A DNA stretch of 64,000 nt from Octopus sinensis (taxonomy: Eukaryota): NCBI RefSeq assembly GCF_006345805.1, contig NC_043015.1, positions 17,918,001-17,982,000 of the forward strand. The letters run 5' to 3'. The notes below the pieces were generated by a model that had not been told where the DNA came from, ran no database searches, and saw nothing but the letters and a program-made list of their open reading frames with translations. This document shows positions 25,434 to 37,149 of this stretch, piece after piece. Made by a program: the position numbers and the translations under genes. Every line of letters begins with the position of its first letter. Within the stretch, counting starts at the first letter, position 1.

Positions 25434-26059
25434 GAAACAACACAAAGAAATAGAGAATATAGTAGACATGGCAAATGATTGGTTACAGCTGCAGTAGATG
25501 TAGTTTTACAGCAAACTGTACTTCCAGAGGGACATAATACCTAAGGTGGTGAAAGATACTAAGTGATGGAAGGGTGTGATTAGGAAGGACAAAATGTTTA
25601 GTAGGGTATAAAAAGAGCGTTTCTCGGTAAGAGTGGTTAAACAGTTTGGAGGAAGACTGTGAGGTTCGTATAATGGAAGAGTTATTAGTGATTGACATGC
25701 AGGAAAACAACCTATCATAAGATGACAAATATGTATGATGTTACAATTATACTGCTAGACTTGTAATTGGATAGTTAAACAATTAAAACTATAAAGTAGT
25801 AAATGTGATTAGATAATTATAATCAACCTCAGCATCAACATTATCAGTGTTAAAAGTATGTCGGATTTTATAACCACAGTTTTAATAAGTTGCCAAGAAA
25901 AAAGGAATAATGACAGAAAAGGAACACCTGTTCAGTCAAGAATGAGAGAACCTCCAAGAGATCTGTCAAATTACAAAAGTAGTAGTCAAATTCCCTCAAA
26001 TGCATACCCTATAGTTTTAAAAGGACACAACAGGCAACATAATTGCAGATATGTGTAAG

Positions 26060-26550
26060 AGTGGTGGTCACAACTGGAATATCTTTATTTATATTTGACA
26101 GATATTTGTCCTCATCTTGCTTGTTGTTAACACATTTCAGTTGATATACCCTCCAGCCTTCATCAGGTGTCTTGGGGAGATTTTGAACCTGGGTTCTCAT
26201 TCCTAAGGTATTTTTCAATGTTGTTGTTGTTATTATTATTCAGGTCACTACCTGAAATCGAACGTGGAATCTTGGGGTTAGTAGGTTGCACTCTTAACCA
26301 CTACACCATATGCCCGTGGGCATGCTAACCCCAAGATTCCAAGTTCAATTCCAGGCAGTGACCTGAATAATGATAATAATAATAACAACAACAACAATAT
26401 CAAAAAATACCTTAGGAATGAGAACCCAAGTTCGAAATTTCCCCAAGACACCTGATGAAGGATGGAGGCTGAAACATGTTAACAACAAACAGGATGAGGA
26501 CAAATATCCATCAAATGTAAATAATTCCTCATCTCTTAAATATAGAACTG
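26060..26550. mobile_element. Head-to-head pair of the tRNA-head/hammerhead Penelope terminal repeat
   Basis: 26060-26320 (minus) and 26322-26550 (plus) both match 23813-24050. A further minus copy lies at ~21110-21237. Confidence 0.8.
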
Positions 26551-27060
26551 TGGAATATCTTTGATCATTAGTCTGATGAATTACAGCTGACCTGGGGCTA
26601 AACAATAACCAATTTTCTATTTGGTCAGTATATGTCATTAAAGAGTAAGTATGAGATAAGCTTAAACTAAACAGTAAGCCAACAGAACCTCCCTCTTCTC
26701 CCTCACCCCTCACACACTGAGAAGCAAAATATTCCAAATCTAATCCAGTTTGAATCTTGCTTAAAAAGAATCTAGATTAGAAAAAAAAAAAAAAAAGAAT
26801 AATGACATTTATCAATTATTTCATACAAGAAAGAATATTAGTCAAACATTTGATGTGTTGTAGACACTCATCACCTTCACTTTTAGATGGCTTTCTTCTG
26901 GGATGTTAGCAATGATTCATGTTATTTATGAAGTGAAAACCCGAATAGGATTGTTATCTACATAACCTAATTAGCATAGCAGATAAATAAGAACTGGGTA
27001 GGTGCTATTACTTTTGCTGATAACAGAAGGATTCTCTCAACGAGTGAAGGAAAAATTGTA

Positions 27061-28343
27061 CGAGGGGCGTTCAATAAGTAATGCCCCTGACCCACTTCCC
27101 ATAGCAGTAGAGCAACGAAACTTGGCACAGTTATTAATCTTTTTCTACATAGGAACCATCCAGAGTTACGCATTTCTCCCGTTGTTTGATGCAGCTTTGG
27201 AAACCGTTTTTGTACAAGACCCCAGCTTGGTCCTCCAACCACGACGTGACTTCAGAAATCAAAGCTGCATCATCTGGGAAACGCTTTCCTTTCAAAAACA
27301 ACTTCATGGCTGGGAAGAGGTGAAAATCAGAGGGTGCAAGGTCAGGAGAGTAGGGGGGATGGGGGAGGAGTTCATAGCCACACACCTGTACTTCTGATCT
27401 GGCGAGATGCGAGTTGTGGACCGGAGCGTTGTCTTGCAGGAGGAGGATGCCTTTGCTGATCTTGCCCCACCTCTTGATTTTGATAGCTTCTCTTAATTTC
27501 CTCAAAAGTGAAGGATAATAGGCTCCTGTAATTGTGGTACCCTTTGCCAGGAAATCTGTCATCACTACTCCGTCCTGGTCCCAGAAGACTGTGAGCATGA
27601 CCTTGCCAGCGGAGGGCTGCACCCTTGCCTTCTTTGGAGGAGGTGAGTCACGGTGCTTCCACTGCATTGACTGGGCTTTGGTCTCTGAATCATAGTGAGG
27701 GACCCAGGTTTCATCCTGTGTAATCAGTCTTTTGAAAAATTTTGACTCATCTTCTTGGCACATCCCTAAATTCATTCTCGAGCACTCGACGCGTTCTTGC
27801 TTCTGGAAAGGTGTGAGCAGCCTGGGAATCCATCTGGCAGACACCTTTTGCATATGCAAATGGTCATGAATGATAGTTTCCACAGACCCGGTACTAATCT
27901 TGACCTCATGGGCTATTTGGCGAATAGTTATGCGTCGATCTTCCAAAATGGCAGCCTCAACTTGACGGACAGATGCCTCATCAATGGCAGAAGGGGGGGG
28001 GCAGATCTGGGAGCTGTTTCCACAGAGTTCCGACCATGTTTGAATAAACAATGCCTTCGTTTTACAAGGTCATATGATGGGGCATCATCACCATAAGTTA
28101 CTTTCATTTCATCAAAAGTCTCCCGTGGTGTGTGTCCTTTCAAATACAAAAACTGGACCACTGCTCGACACTCAACAGGTTCCATTTCACACTTGACTCA
28201 GTTCAAACACCTGTAAATCAGAAACCACAAGTAGTTCAGAGCTGTAATTCGCCACTTAATCTATTGAGATATGAATAATTGCACATGCAAAATTTCAAAC
28301 AACTGCAAGTGGGTCAGGGGCATTACTTATTGAACGTCCCTCG
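27061..28343 (-). mobile_element. Full-length mariner (DD34D) transposon, frameshifted transposase
   Basis: TIRs cgaggggcgttcaataagtaatgcccctgaccc, flanked by TA. N-terminus at 27928-28185; C-terminus at 27134-28051 with WIPRLL, ITQDETW, QDNAPVH and YSPDLAPSDF. Confidence 0.93.
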
Positions 28344-29514
28344 TATGATGCATGTTGTATGGAGAAGTGAATAAGGAAGACATGCTTAGTTGGGGAGAAA
28401 TGAAACAAGCACACTCCACTGGAAGTGTTATGTTAGTGTGTATGAACATTGAAATATTGACAAACTGAGAAAAGAACTGGATATAAGAGGTGTCAGCTGC
28501 AGTGTACAAAAGAGAGAGAGAGGTTACAGTTCAGATATAGATATGTGATGTGTATTGACAATGACAGTTCAATAAAGAAACTTCATGTAAAAGGAACCTG
28601 TAAGAGAGGAAGACCACTGAAGACACACAAGAGGCTGGTTAAAACAGATGACAAAAGATCACAACAAATGATGAGATTGTACTGGACAAGATCTATCTAA
28701 CTCGTGTGAGCATTCCAAATTAAAAATTTCTTCAGTTAGGTCAATGATAGCACCAGAATAATTTTATGTTCAAATCTAATTATAATCAAATTAATCGATA
28801 GTATATCAGAATATTTCTGAACTACAGTTCCTACAGAGAACATTTCAACTAGGTTCCACACTTCACCAATCCTCTATACAATCAAAACACTATGTGCTCT
28901 CTTGGGTTATTTCTAAATCATCAGGTTACATTTATATTAAATCATAAGTCAATGATACTAATTACATAGCATACCAGTGAACCAATTGTATATAAGTATA
29001 CATCTTTAGAATTGCTCTAAATCCAAAACATTTGCTACAGACATGTAAATATTCTTGTGTGTGTGTGCACATGTGTGAGTCATTCAAGACCATGGGTGAT
29101 GCAAACTATCATAACAGCTTTTTGATAGTAGAAACAAGATGTTAGTTGGTTATTATCTTTGCAAATTCCTCCAGGATGGAACGTTATTTCATTGCAAGAG
29201 TAATTCCCAGCTGTTGATGATGGAACTAATTTTCAGTTGAGTGAACAGGAGCAAGATAAATACAAGGACACAATGCACAGCCCAGTCCAGCAATCAAATG
29301 CATTACCATATTGTGAGCCCAGCAGCCAAATAACTTGTTCAACAGCCTTCACTATAAAGAATTAATTCATATTCTGTCCTCTATGACGCAGTTCATCCTT
29401 CTTTGGAGTTAATATATTGTCCATATCAGGGATATTTTCCTATTAGTTATTATCTCACCTCTGAAGAGGTTTGCTCATTCTACTTGAACAAAGCAATAGC
29501 ATAGTGAATAAAAG

Positions 29515-29615
29515 TTGGTGCAAGTTCAAGTCTTTGCTAGCTTTATTCTTTATTATGAGCACATTAGCTCTTACAAATAGGTTTGTTGGCTTAGCTGATT
29601 GGTGCAAGTTCAAGT
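29515..29615 (-). mobile_element. ~67-bp extreme 3' fragment of the Tx1-derived element, with a 17-bp target-site duplication
   Basis: ttggtgcaagttcaagt at 29515-29531 and 29599-29615 flanks ctttgctagctttattctttattatgagcacatt, which matches 30450-30483. Confidence 0.8.
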
Positions 29616-30412
29616 TGTAGGTCAGTTAATCTATACTCAGGGTTCAAGTGGAGAGAACATCACAAGTAAGAGAATAACTAATAGGAGAATACTCCTGATA
29701 CAGATAAAAGAATAAATCAATCTACCTTATAAGATTGAATAATGGGTTTGGTATGAAATTCCAGGATCAATATAATTGAATATGACAAGTAACTAAAGAA
29801 AGGAGGTACAACTGTTGAGATGTTGCAACTATAACAACCAAGGACACTAGTCCAAACATATCTGTATATAATAAGAATAATTACTCATCCTGTAAAAATT
29901 CAGACATATTCTTCAGAGTTGCCTGGAACTGAATAGGTGTAGGCATGACTGTGTGGAAAAGATGTTCACTTTCAAACTATACAGTCTCAGGTTTGATCCT
30001 ACTATGAAGCACCTAGTTTTAGTGTCTTCTAGTGGGTTGACCAAAACCTTGAGAATGAAATTTGTTTGACAGAAAGCGTGTCAAGACCCATCAAAGGCGA
30101 CTGACCCTATTTTCAGGCCATATCTCTGGTCTGATAAAACCTTACCTCCTCTGGGTATATATACGTGTGTGTGTGTGTGTGTGCATATACTAACACACAC
30201 ATATATATATATATTTAAAAAAATTATAAAACATCTAAATATATAAAGTGATGTTTGTTGCCAACTTAATGTGGCAATCCCAGGAAAGGGAAGAATGCTA
30301 CTGCTATTTAGCCCCAAGTAACACCGTTTCTAGTTGGCTATGTGACACAAGTGCTGTGTACTTAAGTTTTCAAACAGAGGAGATAAGCACCTCCACCCAA
30401 CAAAACCAGTAA

Positions 30413-30451
30413 CCAGAGACTAGTTTCAGGGTAGTTGCTCTTCATCAGTCT
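30413..30451 (-). ncRNA. Minimal type I hammerhead motif with canonical core; helix I shortened by an insertion
   Basis: Minus strand AGA-CTGATGA-AGAGCAACTACCCT-GAAA-CTAG-TC-TCTGG. Confidence 0.7.
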
Positions 30452-32307
30452 TTGCTAGCTTTATTCTTTATTATGAGCACATTGGCCCTTACAAAGAAGG
30501 GACAAAGACAGACAACACAGTACAGTGGGGTACATAAAACATAAATCGAATGAATATAATGATATAATGAAAATTGAAATGTCTTACCTGCGCCCCACAC
30601 GCAGCTACTGTCATTTAACTGTTTATGCAACACATATTCATGAACAGTTCATTGTTCTTTGTTTTTTAAAACATTATTTTAATTTTACAAATTCCACTTA
30701 CTTTCAATTGACTAAGTACTCCACTATGTCTTCAAATGACACCACTGGTGGTAGTTCGTTGCATCGAACCCACAACTCTGATAATACAATTTGTTCACCA
30801 AAGAATTCTTTTAATCTTTCTATTTTCTCTCTCTCTAGCAAAACTGCCCTGTCATCTTCGGTATGCTCCATCCCCAACAATTTCACTCTGATTACATTTT
30901 TCATTTTAGTGATCCATTTCTCTATTTCTATGTTCTTTTTATATTCTATCATCATCCACACGTTTTTTTTCCTTTTGGTACTCCTTCCCGTTTTCCATAT
31001 CTAATCTCTCCTGATGTTCCTGGTTTTTGTGTCTCAACCATCTCTATCCCACTTTTACTCTTTATTGTTGCTTCCTTTCCTTTCTGCATAATTGTTTTTT
31101 CTTCTGTAATTTTCTTTTTTGTTATTTCTGTTCTTTCAATTTGTATTTCTTCTATGTTGCTTTTCTCTTTTTTTGCGGGCTTTTTGGTGGTGAATATACA
31201 TTTTCATCTCTTTTCTTCTTTCTTTTACCAACTGAGTATTTTCCATCTCTTCACTTACTTGGCTTCGTGCTACCACTCCTTGTTCCACCTCCTCCTCCTG
31301 TTCTACTTCTTGTTTCTGGAGACACCTTGCTTGCATGTGTCCCTGTACTTCACAGTGGTAGCAGATAGGAGATCTACCCTCCACTATTACTTTTAATTTA
31401 ACATCCTTTGGCAACATAATTTCATCTACAATTTTATGCAGGTCCAGCAAACTGATTTGGACTGTCACCTCAAAGCTGTATCCAAACCACTTTACCTCTG
31501 TTGTCCTCGTTACCTTCAGCACATTGGTCTCCTCCTCTGTGTTGTAGAGGATGGCTGCCACAGTCATGTTTCATCAATTTCTGGGGGCACTCTGCCAATC
31601 TTAATTCTGGCTGCACATTTGCCACAGTAGGTTGGCAGCAGTGCCCACTCTTCCAACCTCAATGGCACAGTGGAGCACTTTATTGTGTCTTGTTTGGTTG
31701 CAAACTGTATCTCCACTGTGCCGTACTTCTTGCCTCTGGTGTAGTATGCCATAAAGTGCTTAATACCCTTAAGACACTCCTCCATTGCTTCAATGGTTGC
31801 TATTTCCACCCTCTTGCTTGAGTTTGAGAGTATTCTATACACAACAGTTTTTTTTTTTTTTTTTGCTGTTTCCTCTGTTACCTCTTTTGGCAGGGTCAGC
31901 CTCAGGCTACTTCCTTCCTTAATTATAAGTTCATTCACCTTTTTCAATCTCCTCTCATTGAACTTCACTTCTTTAACTTGCAAAACATCATTATCCCAAC
32001 TCCTTCCTGTTGCTGCAGCATAGCTGATGGCTGGTTGGGTCTCCATAACTTTGTTGCTTTACACTTGTCAGAAATGACAAGAATATTTCCAGAAAATATA
32101 TTCACAAAAGTCACAGTTCACAATAAAAATAAACGAAAATATTTTTACCCCGCAGGGCAAAAAATACTGTTTTTCAAAGGACAACAGTTCAATTTCAATT
32201 AAAATATTTCACTTCAAAATAATATAAATTTACAATAAACAGAACAGGAAATGAACTCATATACCGCAGGTAACAAACTGAGGGCAACAACGTGTCGCAG
32301 ACAAAAA
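30452..32307 (-). mobile_element. Non-autonomous Tx1/L1-type derivative: ORF1 (zinc knuckle) plus a short ORF2-C-terminus-like segment and 3' UTR; no APE or RT
   Basis: ORF1 spans 32046 to 31136 with a frameshift near 31565 and contains CYHCEVQGHMQARC, homologous to 56982-57150. Segment 30704-30970 reads KNVWMM...EFF...LW. Tandem AATAAA at the 3' end. Confidence 0.75.
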
Positions 32308-32619
32308 AGGCATAGCCTCGCTAGCTGTTGGTGCTAGATCACTGTTGAAAACTTATGAAATTTCAAGTGAAATAAATTCACTGATCTACAAAATTAGAAA
32401 TATTGAATTTCTAAATCTCTAAGAGAGTTATGCAGTAGCAGCACAATAAAATGATGGTTTGTTGCCAACCTAATTGTGGCAGTTTCAGGAAAGGGAAGAA
32501 TGCTACTGCTATTTAGCCCCAAGAAACACCATTTCTAGTTGGCTATGTGACACAAGCGTTCTGTGTCCTTAAGTTTTCAAACAGGGGAGATAAGCACCTC
32601 CACCCAACAAAACCAGCAA

Positions 32620-32660
32620 CCAGAGACTAGTTTCAGGGTAGTTGCTCTGCATCAGTCTGG
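32620..32660 (-). ncRNA. Minimal type I hammerhead ribozyme motif (core variant CUGAUGC)
   Basis: Minus strand CCAGA-CTGATGC-AGAGCAACTACCCT-GAAA-CTAG-TC-TCTGG. Helix I CCAGA/TCTGG is perfect, helix III is the palindrome ACTAGT, and the site is GUC. Confidence 0.7.
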
Positions 32661-33380
32661 AGTAGCAGTGTTTCTTGGGGCTAAATAGCAGTAGCATTCT
32701 TCTCTTTCCTGGGATTGACATATTAAGTTGGCAACAAACCATCACTTTACCATGATGCTACTGCATAACTCTCTCTGAGAGATTTAGAAATGCAATACTT
32801 CTAATGTATAAATATGTTTAACAGGAATTTTATAAGCTAAACTGATCTTTTGTCAAACTAGATGTTTAGGATGAATTTCAAGAAAGAATTAAAACTATTT
32901 TCAGTAAGGATGTTTGTGAATGGTTTAGAAAAAAGTAGAAACTATACAAATATGTACTGGAATAAGTTGTTAGGAACAGTACTTTACAATGTTGGTGTTG
33001 CCCCAGCATGGCTACATTCCTGGTGGCTGAAACTAATAAATGAGTCTAGTGTTAAAATACTCATACACAACAATGCATTTCAACATCATCATCTACATAT
33101 AGTTGCAGCTACTTATTGATATTAGAATGGCAAAGGACTAGTTTGATACTAATAAAACACTTGTATAACACTAAATGTACAAGCACACATACATATAACA
33201 ATTATTAATACATTAGTCAAATGCAGCTGCATCAAATGGTGTAAGGGTGGGTTACCAAAAGAGACAGTATTATTCCCCTTGCATTATAATTGAGAAAATA
33301 GAGGAAACTATCAAGATATGAAACCACAGAGTACATCTTGAAGAATTCATAATGGTAGTAGCAGGGTTAATAATAATAAT

Positions 33381-33597
33381 CCTTTCTACTATAGGCACAA
33401 GGTCTGAAATTTTGAAGGAAGGGACTAGTCAATTACATTGACCCAAGTGCTCAACTGGTACTTATATCATCAACCCTGAAAGGATGAAAGGCAAAGTCAA
33501 CCTTCAGAGAATTTGAACCCAGAATGAAGCAATGGGTGAAATACCACTAAGCATTTCATCCAGTGCGCTAACAATTCTGCCAGCTCATCACCTTCAA
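33381..33597 (-). mobile_element. tRNA-derived SINE with (TTA)n tail; further copies at ~33891-34095, ~37150-37355, ~38905-38995 and ~51965-52040
   Basis: Minus strand begins ...gagctggcagaattgttagc, has B-box-like ctgggttcaaattc, then gactttgcctttcatcctttcagggttgat. Confidence 0.8.
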
Positions 33598-33614
33598 TGA
33601 TAATAATAATGATA

Positions 33615-33842
33615 TAGACCTTTTGAGCGGGCTGGGTTACTCGACCTGAAGAAAATTCTAACTGGGCCCCACCTGCAAGGTCATACACTGTTTATCTTGA
33701 TATGAGATCACCATGTTGTGCACATATGGTTGTGATGCATGTGCCTGGTGTACCCTTATCAGATGGGTAGTCATGATGGGTATACTGGGCTTCATATATT
33801 TTACCTAGTGTCACTTTGATGGCATACACTGCCCTATCCCTC

Positions 33843-33885
<43 letters not shown>
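33615..33885 (+). mobile_element. Non-coding element ending in (AAT)n; longer copy at 52055-52445
   Basis: ggccccacctgcaaggtcat...gatatgagatcaccatg...tagtcatgatgggtat is shared by both copies, and both sit in TAA runs. Confidence 0.7.
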
Positions 33886-33886
<1 letters not shown>

Positions 33887-34389
33887 TAATCCTTTCTACT
33901 AAAGGCACAAGGCCTGAAATTTGGTGTGAAGGGGGTGGGACTAGCTGATCACATCGACTCCAGTGTTTCACTGGTACTTAATTTATCAATCCTGAAAGAA
34001 TGAAAGGCAAAGACAACCGTGGCGGAATTTGAACTCAGAATGTAGTGATGAACAAAATATTGCTAAGCATTTCGTTCAGCATACTAATGATTCTAATAAT
34101 AATGATTTCAAATTCTGGCACAAGGCCAGCAATTCCAAAATAACATACATAGACAATGGTGGCGAAGCCTTTCTGAGCCTCATCAGGTAAACTTGTACTA
34201 GACAGTCTGTCTTTCTTTTCTATTATAGCTGTGAGGTATGAAATTAGTGTTGAACCCAGGGAAGACAGACTCCTCTGAGCTTCTTTAAGTAAGTCTGTCA
34301 AGTGTGGTAGCACGAACTGTCTTTTCCAGTAAGGATAAAGTAGAACCCCAAATATCAGGTAAATGTCTAAATGACACAGACCATACCAC

Positions 34390-37116
34390 TTTAGTCTATT
34401 TTGTGGGCTATTCAGGGACATGTCCCCTAGGGGTGCACCTGGACGGGATCGTAAAATGGGCTTCTGGAGAAAAATTCTAAAATAATAGTCTAAATCGTAA
34501 TCAGAAACATTCCCCCTCCCCAGGCCTACAACTAGGAACTGTTGAAATAACCACTACAAAATAACACCAGAAATTATAATATAAAGCAGAAATGAGTAAG
34601 ACAGGAATATAAGGAAATAATGAAAGCCTTTTACAAAACACTGAATAAACCATAACATAATTTCACTAAATATACATATGCTAAATGGAAGAAAACAATA
34701 GATGAAAGCATACCTACTTTTACAAAGAAGAAGAAAAAAAAAAGAAAATGTATATGAGATTAAAATGTATGATGCTGTGATGAAAGAAATACTAAAAGAA
34801 GGCGAAACTGATTTAAGAATCATAAATAACCCACTGGTATATTCTCTGGCAAAGGCTTTGAGCAACCAAAGTGGACTTAAAGAAAAAGAATAAACATGTT
34901 AACAAATAACTAAAATAGAAAAATCAAAAGACAAAAAGAAAGTAAATATCTGAGCAGAGAATTGTTGATGCTATAAAACTTAAAAGAAAATACAAAATAA
35001 CAGATAAATAAAGTCTCCCTACTATTAAAGATACTTTGAAGTAATCAAAGTGCAACAAGTAACTTTTATTGACAGAACAAAATTTTCTGAATCAGCACAC
35101 AGAAGTTTTATACAGAAATAGGGAAACAACTAAGAGAAATAAATGAAGTTAAGGAATTTTGGAAGAACATCTAGAGTAACTCAAAAGAATATAATGAGGA
35201 AGCTAGTTGGATCAACAAGGAAAATGAAAGGATGTGGAGCAATAACAATGGGTAGAAATTGCACTAGCAGGACCTTTACTAAGTAGGCCCTTAGTAAAAT
35301 ACACAAATGGAAGTAGTAGCCTGGAATAGACCAAACCTCAAAGTATTGGTCAAATACATTTACAGGAATGCACACAAGGCACCAGCCAAGGAAATGAGTG
35401 CACTGATACAAAATCCTGAGAAAGTTCCTATCTGGTTGATAAAAGGCACAATGCACCTCTTGCCATAAACATCAGAAACCAAAACATCTGAAAAAAAACT
35501 CTTGACCTATAACATGCCTTACCATGACTTTTTTGACAATGCTCACTATTTAAAGCCTTTGAAATATGCAAGATTTCTCCAGTAATCTTTAACTTTCTTC
35601 TACATGGTACAACAAAATCGAAAACATCTTTTTTTTTAACCAATAGTAATGGAATCATGCAATCAAACAAAGTCAAAATTTTTCAAACTGACTCTCTTTT
35701 GCTTCTCTTTTTGTATAGCACACTTTCTAATGAACTCAATAACACAGGGTACTGATACAAACAACAACAGAAGAATCAATCCCTTATTCTTTATGGATGA
35801 CTAGATGCTAAGTATATAGTATAAATATGCAATATTCAGAATGATATATACACAGAATTAAAGTAAAGTCTGAAGGCATTACAACTGAAAAATAGATAGC
35901 AACAAAAACCTCTGCTTGATCACATACATTTTACACCCAGGATGTTCATGTTGACTAACCACAAACCCATCCAGTAGCTGCAAAGCTCAAGGTGCAAAGC
36001 CAAAATAGAGAGGTTCATCCAAGCTGCTCAAGAACAGAGCTCATTTACAAGTTAACTTCCAAAAAACATCCTCCAAAATGGAACAGACTCAAAATGTAGA
36101 AATTGTGACAAACAATTCTAGACAATAGACATTTAGTTTCAGGATGCTCCACCTTAGCTCCTGGTAAATGTTGGTGGGGGATATGTTAAAAACTGGTATG
36201 AACACCCTCTCCCATCAGTAACTGAAGTAAGAGATGCAACAATTTTATGGGATTTTACAGTCTATACAGACCACACAATAAATGCCAATCAGCCTAATTT
36301 TATTGTTAAAGATATGAAAAATAAAACATGCCTCTTCATTGACATGATTATACCACCTGACAAAAATGAATCATCTAAACTTGTGAAGAACAAAAACCTA
36401 AAAATCGAGATTAGCTGAATATGGTAATTGAAGACACAAACAATTGTAATTGGTACACTTAGTGTTATAAACAAAGGTGAAAATTAGTTTCTTGAAAACA
36501 GACTGGTAAACCTAACATTTATGAAATTCAAAACAATCATCCTCAAAAGCAAAGTTCACATTTTTATCTTTGAAATACTGAGTTTCCTTTCTTTTATATC
36601 CTTTTATGGCTACAGTGTGCTGTGAAATGCCACTATTACATGATACTACTTTTCCTAGATATCTGGTTGACACTCATCGGGGATTGTTAAATGAAACAAT
36701 ATTAAGAGAAAGTGATGATGATGATGATAGCCCAAATATTGTTGATGGTGACCACCAAGAAAAATCTTGCCTTCTAATCGACATATCAACTGCAACTGAT
36801 GACAATATGTCTCTAATGTCTCTAAACAAAACAGAGAAACTCTCAAAATACAAAGATCTGGAAATATATATAACCTGATTGTAGGACGTGAAGACGTAGA
36901 TAATCCCTATAATAATCAATACATAAGGCATGGTTAAAAAACATACAGAAAAATATATAAGCAAAACACCAGGACTTACAAATGTACATAACATACACAA
37001 AACAGCACTGCACACATTTTATGTAAAACACTTTAAATAAATTAAAATAACACTAAAACAAACCACAACACATACCCAAAGCACACAGAGCTACGCTTGG
37101 TCATGTAATAAAACTT

Positions 37117-37149
<33 letters not shown>

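Larger units (their letters stand above)
30240..32797 (-). mobile_element. Non-coding hammerhead-bearing element (5' inverted arm, ~355-nt monomer, partial second monomer), interrupted by a 1.86-kb insertion
   Basis: Inverted arms at 32401-32529 and 32668-32797. 30240-30451 is a direct repeat of ~32450-32657. Homologous by eye to 46517-47098. Confidence 0.75.

Noticed and set aside
30240-32660. LTR retrotransposon or DIRS interpretation of the direct repeats flanking a gag-like ORF
   Set aside because: No TG...CA ends, PBS/PPT, RT, integrase or tyrosine recombinase. The repeats are better explained as a tandem monomer family also present without the ORF at 46.5-47.1 kb.
34390-34560. Possible HDV-like ribozyme at the 5' end of the R4/Dong element (and at 52055-52200)
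   Set aside because: I could not assign the nested double pseudoknot by eye; it would need an RNAMotif or Infernal search.
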